This document shows positions 1 through 9,786 of a DNA stretch of 26,638 nt, in pieces. The position numbers were made by a program, and so were the translations under genes. The stretch spans positions 70,576,181-70,602,818 of the forward strand of contig NC_057719.1 of the NCBI RefSeq assembly GCF_004010195.1, read 5' to 3'. The stretch's first letter is position 1. Every line of letters begins with the position of its first letter. Under the pieces are notes generated by a model. That model saw only the letters and a program-made list of their open reading frames with translations, made no database searches and had not been told where the DNA came from. Source of the stretch: Chiloscyllium plagiosum. Lineage: Eukaryota.

Positions 1-95
1 TCTCTGAAATGTAGTAGCAAGCCATTCAGTTCAAAGGAATGTGTAACAAATGCTGTCCCTATTGGTAATGCCCGCTCCCACGAAAGAACAAAAAT
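1..95 (+). mobile_element. 3' end of a retroposon (SINE or LINE) sharing the 3' tail of the 'family B' LINE
   Basis: aacaaatgctgtccctattggtaatgcccgctcccacgaaagaacaaaaa resembles the tails at 3762-3798 (ggcaataaatgttggcc...gatacatacac) and 15050-15099 (gacaataaat...gatgctcacatcccatgaacaaa). Cut by the window edge. Confidence 0.5.
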
Positions 96-1664
96 GTGGT
101 ACAGAGGGATATGACCAGCTCCATTTATTATCTTCCAGTCACCACCAGTGCTCAACCTCCCCACCCAACTCCACACTTTTCTGAAGTATTCTGAATTACA
201 AATCCTCAATTTGTTTATTTAGCCACAATTCAGTTTGCATAAAAAATTAAGCCGAGTAGATCACTTGCCCCTCATGATTCGTCAGTAAATGCTATTATGC
301 AGATTTTTTTTCTATTTTTATTGACTGCATCACATTTTTGTTTCAATGGAGAAATTTAGGTAGAGAGGATTGCAATGCTCTTGTTATCAGTATGAAACAC
401 CTGCAAAGCAGGAATTAGTGGACTGCTATGAGCTATAGGGAAACCGTGACAGCCATCCCTGAGGAAAGTACAGTGTCTGTCACTAACTCAACAGAAATCC
501 ATTTCATTTAATAAGTATTGTGTCCCAAAGAGAATTTCTTTTCAGGTCACCTTCCATCATAAACACTCCTCTGGGCCTGACGTGCCAACTGATAGCACTC
601 TTTGATATTGGAAACGTTGGCCTTCTGTCCAGTGCCCTGTAAAATAACCTATTTTGATAAAGAATTAACTGCACATGATGAAGGCAGTTTTGAGTGATTT
701 GGAGCCTTAACTAGGACTTGCAGCTAGCAGCCAAATGCTGATGTTGATATTATATTTATGAACTGGCGATTTCAACAAAAATATGTTGCAACAAAAAACA
801 TGCAGCTGATTAGAAGTGTGCTGTGTGCTTATTAAGTGTTTCCATACATGGGATACTGAGAGAAAACTAAATGACTTCTGATCAACTTCACCCAGCAGCT
901 TTGCATTGTATATGTCCTTTTTCTGTACAACCCATCTTGAGACAACAGTAAATGTTCTCATATGGATACAAAGGGATAGAACCTATTTTTCAATCAGACT
1001 ATGATGAGCTTCCTCCTGCATTTTAGTGCAACAGTTGTAGTTTGTGCTGATTTTCGCTTTGATTGATGTCACACTTTGTTTTTTTTGGCTGTCATTGTAT
1101 TTCATGAGCTACATTTTGGAATTAACCTTAATGAATTATTTACATAAAATGCATGGTGTAAGAAAATCACAATAAAGGAAAATAATAGGTCTATTAAAAA
1201 TTGTTTTAGTTCCTCTGTTTCTCTCGGAGCTGTAATAAACATGTGCTATGCGTTGCAAAGTGTAACATTCCCAAATGTTCAACTTTGCCAGTAAAATTCT
1301 AAAACTGAACTTTTATTTCACAGCCAATAAAAGAAAAAGTATACACTAATCATTTTTCCAGCCAGACATTGAGATTTAATTTGGAGAGCTTAGAGTCCAA
1401 CCGAAATATACTTCATACTTAACAATGGAGTTGATTTTAGCAACTGTCCAATGCATCTGCCTTGTTTGATTTTATTAATATTATCAGTTTGAAATTTAAA
1501 AAACCTTAAATAGATGAGTGTGGCCATTGTTTATTTGCTTAATTTATTATTTACTACTTCAGCCAACAAAAAATAACTGCGTAGATATCTAGATAGATAT
1601 TTGGATAAATACATTTTGCACACTGTGACTTGCCCTAGTCATGTGATATCTGATATAAAATAAG

Positions 1665-1771
1665 CGAAGGAATGTGGAGGCCGGAGATCTGAAGTTAAAA
1701 ATGACAGAAATTCCTGGAATATCTCAGCAGAACTGGCAGCACCTGTGAAGAGGAAACAGAATGAACATTTC
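1665..1771 (-). mobile_element. Short PLE terminal (pLTR) fragment, truncated inside the hammerhead (only GAAA-TGTT retained)
   Basis: Reverse complement gaaatgttcattctgtttcctcttcacaggtgctgccagttctgctgagatattccaggaatttctg is homologous to the 13960-14077 copy and to the gatgctgcctgacctgctg core of the 5204 and 21649 copies. Confidence 0.6.
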
Positions 1772-1879
1772 CCTTAACCCATCTAAATCTGAGGTTTTTT
1801 ATATATATATAAAGTGTGCGTATTGAAAAGCTTTCCTCTTATCCTATGGCGTCTTTCTTTCACTATAATTTCACATAGA

Positions 1880-3318
1880 GGGCTGAATTTTACTTGCTTG
1901 AGGTTAAGTGCTAGTTGTATTATGTTTATTGGAGAGTTTTCTGCCATGAGGCCTAGTTAGATTTCTCACAATGTCTACTATCTTACCAAAGGCACCTCAT
2001 TAACTGTTTACCCCACTACTATGGCATCTTTCATGTCTGATTTCTAGCCCCATCTTACCTGGTGCTGTTCCCGAACAACTCACCACTCAATGGATATCCA
2101 CTGAAAGCCCTTGTGCCATCTTTACAAGTAAGTTGTGCACACTGGCAAGCATTGGCACTCCCCTTTTCTGCTCAGTCAAGGATATTTTGTGAAGATGTCT
2201 AAGAAAGGGAAGATGGCACAGTGATCCTCTAACAGGGACCTAGTCAAGGGAGGGGGATGAACCAGTGGCATGCTCTTCCTGGGAAGGCCATGCCACCAGA
2301 CCCAAATAGCCTGTGCCAATTTTGCCACCACATCACTAAGGTTTCCACAGTGCGAACCAATGACAAGCAGAAGCATTGGGAGTTCAATTAGCTTCTCAGT
2401 TGCACCAGTGGTAAGTCTTCTCTCCAATATCTCACACTTGCACTCTTTCTCTGCCACTGAACCCACCTCCCACCAATGCCCATTGTCTATCCCTCTCACT
2501 ATTGCAAGTAATATATTCTCTCATTTGCTTTGGACCTCCTACACCACTAACTCTGTGTGACCTCTGCACCCCTGTCTACCTCGGAGTACCTTACCACTGT
2601 TTACCTACCTGCAACAGCAATAGCAGCTGTGCCAGCAACTTACATTTCACTCAGTTCCTCCCTTTCTCTCATTACAGTAGAAAACAGTCCATGACAGAGC
2701 AGATAGAGCTCTCTGAGGTGGGGCAGTACCTGGCATGAGGCTCCTCAGTCTTTAAGGAGGAGAGAATCCCAGACCTTGCTGCAGAAGACTAGTGATTGTT
2801 CCTATGGGGATGCTGAGACATCCCTATCTAATGAACCGCGTATCCCACCATCCCTCTTCACTCTACTGCAACTCTCACACTAACCCGACTGTCAATCTCA
2901 TTCATTGCACACCACTTCTAACCACTGACCATGATGCCTTGTGTCTTGCATGGACTGCAGTGAAATGGTCAGCTCCTACAGCCCTACCAGCTCAGACACT
3001 GGAATCTCTGTACTTAGTCTTGGAAAGAGTGGGAGAATAATCTAGTGAGCACTTTACCGTGATAGCTCATACCTTGACCAGGGTCATTGTGGAGCAGACA
3101 CTGACACTGCTGAAGATGCAGTTGGATTGCTTGCACCGGTCCAGTGGTCCCGACATGTGACGGTATCTCTACCAGCATTGTCTGTGCTGTATTATCTTAG
3201 CAGGCTCTTTTATGCACGACTTGAGATGACAACAAGGCAATGTGTGCTCGATGCTGAGGAACTGGAGAATGGGAGCAGTCTTCTGAGGAGGGGACAAGGA
3301 CATGGGGAGGAGGCATTG
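1880..3318 (+). mobile_element. Decayed PIF/Harbinger-type DNA transposon carrying a Myb/SANT-like gene relic
   Basis: Starts with TIR-like gggctgaattttac (1880-1893). Pseudo-exon 1 (~2194-2410) reads MSKKGKMAQ*SSNRDL / RPCHQTQIACANFA / VSTVRTNDKQKHWEFN*LLSCTS. GT-AG intron 2411-2677. Exon 2 reads *KTVHDRADRAL*GG..LLS / EERIPDLAAE, matching the Harbinger Myb pattern 'KFNDL...EK.AHN..ER..TGGG...L...EE'. Homologous to 7175-8330 on the opposite strand. Right boundary set by the LINE at 3320. Confidence 0.6.
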
Positions 3319-3319
3319 T

Positions 3320-3800
3320 GCTAGGAGTGTGATGGAATACTCCCACTTGCTTTGATGAATGCCACTCCAACAACATGCAAGAAACTTGACTACATCGTGT
3401 AAAAGTATTCCACATAGTTCATACCACATTTACAGTCACTTCTTCAACTGATACTCAGCAGCAATGGTGTGTACCAGCTACAAGATGAGATACAGCAACT
3501 CAACAATGCAGCTTAGACAGCACTTTCCAAACTCATGACCTCTATCACCTAGAAGGACAAGGGCAACATATTGATTGGAACTCCATAAGCTGCAAGTTCC
3601 CCTCCCAGTAACACACTATCCGAGCTTGGAACTATTATCAGGGTTTCCCCACTATCGCTGGGTCAAAATGCTGACAGCACTGTGAGTCTACGTACTGTAC
3701 ATGGACTGCAGCAGTTCTCAAAGGTAGCTGATCACCACATTCTCGAAGTCAATTAACAATTGGCAATAAATGTTGGCCTACACCAGTGATACATACACTA
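3320..3800 (+). mobile_element. CR1-group LINE ('family B') 3' fragment
   Basis: Decayed ORF2 C-terminus RSVMEYS..../ATPTTCKKLDYI, followed by the family 3' UTR. Homologous to 14580-15097 (+) and 11760-12300 (-). Confidence 0.75.
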
Positions 3801-4260
3801 ATTTTATTCATTAGAAGATATAAACTAGTTTATTTACTCATTAACGTGATAGCTAGTTTGTCGGGGAAGGAAACCTGAGGAGTATCTCAGGTTGGAACGA
3901 AGTATAGTTAGTGATAAAAAAATCAAAGATGTTAGTGAAAGTAGGAAGTAGGAGGCAGGATAAACAAAACTTCAAATATGCTTCATAAGTGAAATGTTGT
4001 CAAAAAGAACAAGCTAAGAATACTTTATCAGAATGCTCACAACAAGATAATGACCAAAGGAACAAATAGAGATCTATGGATATGATCTAATTGTCATATG
4101 GAAACATGGCTGAATGATAACTGGAACTGGAACCAAATATTCAAGAATTCATCATTTAGAAAGGACAGACAAGATGGAAAAAGAATAGGAGCAATGCTGA
4201 TAAGAAGGGATCTGGTAAATGCATTAGTAAGGGAGGAAGAGCAATACATGAAATCTGTTT

Positions 4261-4730
4261 GAACATAGAACATAAAACATCCAACAATACAGTGCACAAC
4301 TTTTCCTTTGGCCCTCAATGTTGCGCTGACCTGTGAACTAATCTAAGCTCATCCCCCTACACTATCCCATCATTATCCATGTGCTTATCCAAGGATTGTT
4401 TAAATCTCCCTAATGTGGCTGAGTTAACTACATTGGCAGGTAGGGCATTCCACCCCCTTAACACTCTCTGAGTAAATAACCTGCCTCTGACATTTGTTTT
4501 AAATCTATGACGACTCAATTTGTAGCTGTGCCCCCTTGTACAAGCTGATGTCATATCCTAGGAAAAGGACTCTCACTGTCCACCCTATCTAATCCTCTGA
4601 TCATCTTGTATGTCTTAAATTCCCTCTTAGTCCAATGAGAACAGACCCAAGTCTCTCAGACTTTCTTCATAAGACCTTCGCTCCAGACCAGGCAACATCC
4701 TGGTAAATCTCCTCTGCACCTTTTCCAATG
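4261..4730 (-). mobile_element. Younger CR1 LINE 3' fragment with (atgttct)n-type tail
   Basis: ORF 4357-4554(-) TRGHSYKL..RFKTNVRGRLFTQRVLRGWNALP..VV....LGRFKQSLDKHM is the canonical CR1 ORF2 C-terminus. The tail appears as gaacatagaacataaaacat at 4261-4280. Confidence 0.9.
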
Positions 4731-4857
4731 TTCAACTGTTAACGTTTTGGCCCATTTTACTATTCAGTTTGCATTTCATTCCTTCAAAAGTCAGCTTTTC
4801 TTAATTAAGTCTTAAACCAATTCAAACTTAGTATTAAACTTTGTCATATTGTAACTA

Positions 4858-5160
4858 TGATGTGGAGGTGCCGGTGTTGGACTAGGGTGAACAAAGTTAA
4901 AAATCACACAACACCAGGTTTACAGTCCAACAGGTTCATTTGGAGGTACTAGCTTTCAGAGCACTGCTCCTTCATCAGGTAGCTGCGGAACAGAATCATA
5001 GAAACTATAGCAAAAGGTGACAGTGTCATGAAACTGAAATGATATATTGAACAAACCTGGATTGCTGTTAAATCTTTCATCTTTTAGAATGGGTTGCAGG
5101 TTTCAGTTCATTAATATGTAAATGCCAGAATTTCTTTTAAGTCACATTCTCGAGATAACT
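4858..5160 (-). mobile_element. PLE terminal fragment (family with the GGAGC-AGT-GCTCY stem II hammerhead)
   Basis: 4858-4981 is the reverse complement of the right arm of the 9565-9786 element (same 3' end ...ctccacatca) and contains a hammerhead at 4947-4981. The 4982-5160 extension is assigned from recalled family sequence only. Confidence 0.7.
4947..4981 (-). ncRNA. Minimal type-I hammerhead ribozyme motif (intact core)
   Basis: RC: tac-CTGATGA-a-ggagc(agt)gctct-GAAA-gc-TA-gta. Stem I tac/gta, stem II 5 bp with one G-U, palindromic AGCU stem III, predicted cleavage after CUA. Confidence 0.75.
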
Positions 5161-5203
5161 GGGTGAAACTAAGAAGCTAAGAAGAAACTAAGAAACTAAG
5201 AAG

Positions 5204-5239
5204 ATTCCTGAAGAAGGGCTCATGCCCGAAACGTCGATT
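5204..5239 (+). ncRNA. Minimal type-I hammerhead ribozyme motif (intact core)
   Basis: attc-CTGAAGA-a-gggc(tcat)gccc-GAAA-c-GTC-gatt. Perfect 4-bp stem II, palindromic ACGU stem III, GUC triplet at 5233-5235, short stem I with one mismatch. Confidence 0.8.
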
Positions 5240-5300
5240 CTCCTGATTCTTGGATACTGCCTGACCTGCTGCGCTTTTCCAGCAACACATTTTCAGCTCT
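5204..5300 (+). mobile_element. ~97-bp PLE terminal copy (Neptune-like family of the 21649 element) with TSD
   Basis: 8 differences over 96 nt (manual count) from the RC of 21649-21744. Flanked by tgaaactaagaagc at 5164-5177 and 5300-5313. Confidence 0.85.
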
Positions 5301-7174
5301 GAAACTAAGAAGCAGCAAGGGGCACTTGACATTGTTTAGAATTATTTATAGGCTACTAGGTAGTGGTGATAGAATGAGGCATGATATTAATAGGCGACTA
5401 AAGAAACGTATACCATGGTTGATTTCAATCTGCAAATATACAATTCAGCAGTAAAGCTTTGGCAGATGGGTTTCTGGAATTTTAGGGATGGTCTTTGAGG
5501 AGCTGACTAGAAAACAGTCTATGTTAGATTGTAATACAAAAGGACTGATTAACAGCCTTATTGTGAAAAGAACCTTTTGTGATGATTGACCACAATGGGT
5601 TTGCATTGTTTGCAAGTGAGTTAATTCATTCTGAAGCAAGAGTTTTGAATTCAAATAAGAGAAATTATGAAAGCATGAAGCGCAAATTGGCTAAGATGGA
5701 TTGGGAAATTACTTTGAAAGGAAAAACTGTACATGGTCAATGAACAGTCTTTAAAGAACTATTACATGACTTAAAGCAAGTATATATATTACTCCAAAGT
5801 GCAAAACTGAAAAGTTTTATGTCAGTCAAATGTGGCTAATGAGGGAAGCTCAGGATTGTAGAAGATGGGGTACTACAAGGATTTGTACTTAGTTCCTAGC
5901 TGTTCACAAATTTTAATGACTTGAAGCTGGAGACCAAATATAATATTTCCAAGTTCGAAAACAGTACAAAGCTAATTGGAAATGTGTGTTTGGGGAACTT
6001 GTAAAGCGGCTTTAGGAAGGTGGGAACAGTTTTAGTGAATAGGCAAGAACATGGCAGATGGAATACACTTTGGAAAAATTGGGATTATTCAGTTTGATAA
6101 GAAGAAATGATATACAGAGTATTTCTTAAATAGTGAGAGGTGTAGATATATAAAAGGATCTAGAAGTCCATATCAATAAGCCATTGATGACTAACATGTA
6201 GGTGCAGCAACCTATTAGGAAGGCTAATGGGATGCTAGCTTTTTTTAGGAAATTGATAGGAGACAACGATGGAGGACTAGGAATTTACGTACAAGAGTCA
6301 TGAAATTTTTCTTCAATTTGATAGGAATTTGGTTAAACCTCACCTGGAGTAGTGCATTTGCAGTTTTGATCTCTTTATTTCAGAAAAGATATTATTTTCA
6401 TGGAGAGAGTGTAACAAAGGTTCACCAGACAGCTTTCCAGGATGATGGGGTTTAGTTCAATGATGAGAGATCGGGTAGACAGAGCCTGTATTCTCTAGAG
6501 TTTCAAAAGAATGGGTGGTGATCTCTTTAAAACTTAAAATGATAGATAGGGCATTTGCAGGTCAGATGATTCCCCTGGTTGTGAAATCTAGAATTGGGGA
6601 CACAAATTAATAATCAGAAGGATATCACTTAGGCCTGAGATGAGGAGAATTTTTGTTTTTTAATCAGGATTATGAATCTTTGGAATTCTCCACCACAGAG
6701 GGCTGTGTAGGTTCAGTCTTTAAATTAGAGATTAATAGATTTCTGTTTATCAGTGATGAACTTGATTATAGGGATGGGGAGGGTAAAAGCATTGAAGTGT
6801 TCAATCAGCCATGATCACGGTGAATGGCACTGCAGGCATGATTGCCTGAATAACCTACTCCTGATCCTATGTTCTTTTAACATCACAAATTTCTGCTCAT
6901 TAGCACAATCTGATGTGAGACAAACCAATGCAAAAGATTAGTCAATCAGTTTAATGTCACTGGTGTTCTGTCAGTTTTATGTTTGTTTAAAATTCAGTTT
7001 GTTAGTTTAGGCCCTACGAACAACATTGACCATTCCCCAGAATACAATTGCAAGATTTCTCTCTCTTGGATTGTGTTGGGAAGTACTTCAAATTACATTC
7101 ATCATCTTCAGCACACTAGGCACATGTTAAAAAGAGATTCATGATAAAAATAATTTAAATTATGAAACTGACTA

Positions 7175-8330
7175 GTGCACATCAACCAAACTATAAAACT
7201 ACATTCAGCAATGTTAGCATCTAACATGTGTCAACGTCTTAGAACCCTCATGGCACATCTCCTATCTATTGACTGGGTGCTTCTGCACTTTACTGCAACA
7301 ACATCTAGTAGTGTAGTATTGCGGCAAGAACGCTGTGCACTCATGGACATACAACTTGGTCCAGTCCATGAACTGGGAGAATCTCTATGCTCTTCAGTTG
7401 CTCCCTTGAACCTCACTGATTCTGAGCCAACCTGGATGCTCACAGTATCCTTGCCTTGCATTACATTGCCTTGCTCTTTTTGTACTTCACTCCCTCAGAC
7501 AGAGATATAAGGCATAAATTACTGCAGTCCTTTGTCAAAGAGAATAGTCTTGATGCTTTATGCCTAACTCTGGCTGTTTTCCTCCTGGAATGAGAGAGAG
7601 AGGAGCAGGCATTACAGGAGATGAAACTGGGTAGCACAGCTATCACTTTAGTGCAGGTGGGTGTGGGTGTGAGCGAGTAGGCAGCACTGAGGACAGGAAA
7701 GATTTGTGATGTTGGGGTTTGGAGAGAGTGAGAACAATTAGGAAAGATTTTTCTGGCAATAAGGAAAGTGAAAGATCATGAGCCTTGGTGGGAGATGGGT
7801 ACAGTAGCAGAAAGAGTGAATATGAAGCACTGGAGAGAGAATGGTGAAAGTTATACTCACAGGTTGGAGGAGAACATTGGCCTTATTCTAGAGGATGGAC
7901 ATTCAAAACAGCTGAGAATGCTTTACCCTTGTTGGCAACATCAGACCAGCCTGGCATGGTATCATGCTCTCCACTTGGTCTGGGGGAGAGCAGGAAAGTC
8001 CTGGCACCACCCACTCCTGCAGGACATTCGCCACAAAGCAAGGCATTGATTTTTAAAACCCCTCCCCCCACTATTTACTGTGATTAGGATAACAACTATA
8101 CAGGGCAGATCCAGACTGATTGTACACCGGGACAAGCACTCTGGGTTTTATAGATGAGAAAAGTGGAAGGTTGCTGGTGAATTCTGGGATGTTCACTGAG
8201 CAGTGAGTTATTCTGGGAACAGCATATTATAAAATGGGGTGGAAATTGGATGTGAGAAATGCCATGGCATGGGGCAGGTAATGAATGAGATGAGTTTGTT
8301 AACATAGGACAAGAAAATACCCCAGGCCAC
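7175..8330 (-). mobile_element. Second decayed Harbinger Myb/SANT-gene element
   Basis: Homologous to 1880-3318: RC tctcattcattacctgccccatgccatggcatttctcacatccaatttccaccccatttt vs 1995-2060, and the antisense frames WWEMGTVAE vs WWEVGSVAE. Exon 1 relic MPGWSDVANKGKAFSAV..KANVLLQP. Intron from GTGAGT (7860) to CAG (7585). Boundaries approximate. Confidence 0.55.
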
Positions 8331-8489
8331 CCAACAAAACAAAGCCTCAAAAACTCAAAACAACCCAGACTTAACCAAAAAAGCCATAAGGTTTATTCCA
8401 TAGTGTTTTTGACATCCTTATCACTGATGTCAAACCAGGTTGGTCACAGATTGAGGAGTACCATACATTTTCAGTGAGAAAACACTTTC

Positions 8490-8503
8490 AGAGAGAGAGA
8501 GAG
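8490..8503. repeat. (AG)n microsatellite
   Basis: agagagagagagag read directly. Confidence 0.8.
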
Positions 8504-8575
8504 GGATTTTCAAAATACATTTATCATGTCGTCCAATAGTTTTAGCTGAAAAATTTGTGATTGCGGATATGCTCA

Positions 8576-8961
8576 TGAATTTTGAGAAGATTTGTAGCTC
8601 AGGTTGAAGTTCTGGATGTAGGTTTGCTCACTGAACTGTAAGGTGTGTTTTCAGATGTCACCATACTAGGTAACATATCAGTGAGCCTCCGGATGAAACA
8701 CTTGGTGGTATGGCCTGCATTCTATTTACGTGTTTAGGTTTCCTCGGGTCAGTCATATCATTTCCTGTGGTGACATCATTTCCTGCGATGATGTCATTTC
8801 TTGTTCTTTTTCTCAGGGGGTGGTAAATGGGATCCAAGTCAAAATGTTTGCTATAGGAGTTCTGGTTGGAATGCCATGCTTCTAGGAATGGAACATTACC
8901 TGGTATGGTGATGAAATGTCTGAAAATGAACCTTCCAGCTCAGCGAGCAAACCTATATCCA
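8576..8961 (-). mobile_element. PLE (Poseidon-like) 3' fragment with GIY-YIG C-terminal remnant, decayed hammerhead and an inverted partial pLTR
   Basis: RC from 8888 translates FLEAWHSNQNSYSKHFDLDPIYHPLRKRTRND. 8613-8676 is repeated in inverted orientation at 8895-8961. Hammerhead relics: RC 8651-8684 cactgata-tgttacc(tagtat)ggtgac-atctg, and 8895-8922 attacc(tggtat)ggtgat-GAAA-t-GTC-tg. Imperfect flanking repeat atgctcatgaat (8569-8580) / atgcaaatgaat (8961-8972). Confidence 0.8.
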
Positions 8962-9564
8962 TGCAAATGAATATTTATGGAAACCTGAACTGTGAGTAAG
9001 CAACTCAATTTTAGGTATGTTTTTGCACAATTTGCTGATGATATCCAGGATGTAACTTCTACCAGAAAATTTCAACTTTAGGTTAAGACTATATGAGGAA
9101 GGTATTGCATTGATTCTGCAGTAATTCTCCTCTGACTAGAAGCTGCAGTATGACGCTACCCCTGAGTACCTGAGCAACACAATACCTCTGCAAATCCAAA
9201 AATACTTGGATGTCCCAAAAAGATAACCAAGATTGCATGCCATTTTTAGAGATTCGTCTGACTTGATTTAGTTGAAGCCATTTGTTAATTTTGCTGCACT
9301 GGTTTACTCTTATTGAAAGAGAAGTAATCCTATTGAAAGCCTTATTACATGCTGAGGGATTCATATAGGTTTGTCTGATTGCTTGGCAGATTTTAAATTG
9401 TCAAATATTAATTTTGGAAAACAGTAGGTCATTCTCAAAGATCTGTGTACTTTCTGTAGACTGCTGTGTAGTCTAATGTAGAATATGTGTCAGAAGCCAG
9501 GTAAACTGTATAACTCTTGTCAGTGGGTTCCTTTCACTTTCAGCAGGATGCCTTATCTGGGTAA

Positions 9565-9786
9565 AGTCAGAAGTCACATGACTTAAGGTTATAGTCTAAC
9601 AGGTTTATTTGAAATCACAAGCTTTTGGAGTGCTGCTCCTTTGTTAGGTGATGAAGGTGACTTTACCTGATGAAGCAACAGTGCTCCAAAAGCTTGTAAT
9701 TTCAAGTAAACATGTTGGACTATAACCTGGTCTCATGTGAATTCTGACTTTGTCCATCCCAATCCAACACTGCCATCTCCACATCA
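9565..9786. mobile_element. Fold-back PLE terminal insertion: two inverted pLTR ends, each with a decayed hammerhead, and a 12-bp TSD
   Basis: ~89-bp inverted arms 9563-9651 and 9663-9751. Right arm ttac-CTGATGA-a-gcaac(agt)gctcc-AAAA-gc-TT-gtaa. TSD ttatctgggtaa at 9553-9564 and 9787-9798. Confidence 0.85.

Larger units (their letters stand above)
3990..6878 (+). mobile_element. Old CR1 LINE ORF2 fossil (APE endonuclease, tether, internally deleted RT, 3' UTR), interrupted at 4261-5160 and 5178-5300
   Basis: Endonuclease remnants LYQNAH, ETWL, FRKDRQDGK, SVWVKLRSSKG..IIYR, MVDFNL, LTRKQSMLD, DHN. Tether YESMKRKLAKMDW. RT GVLQGFVL, NDL..ISKFENSTKL (=FADDTKL), LVKPHLE*. 3' end actcctgatcctatgttc. 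May extend 5' to ~3850. Confidence 0.85.

Noticed and set aside
707..961. 84-aa ORF and the other short ORFs in AT-rich DNA
   Set aside because: No recognisable domain, low-complexity composition, and lengths expected by chance.
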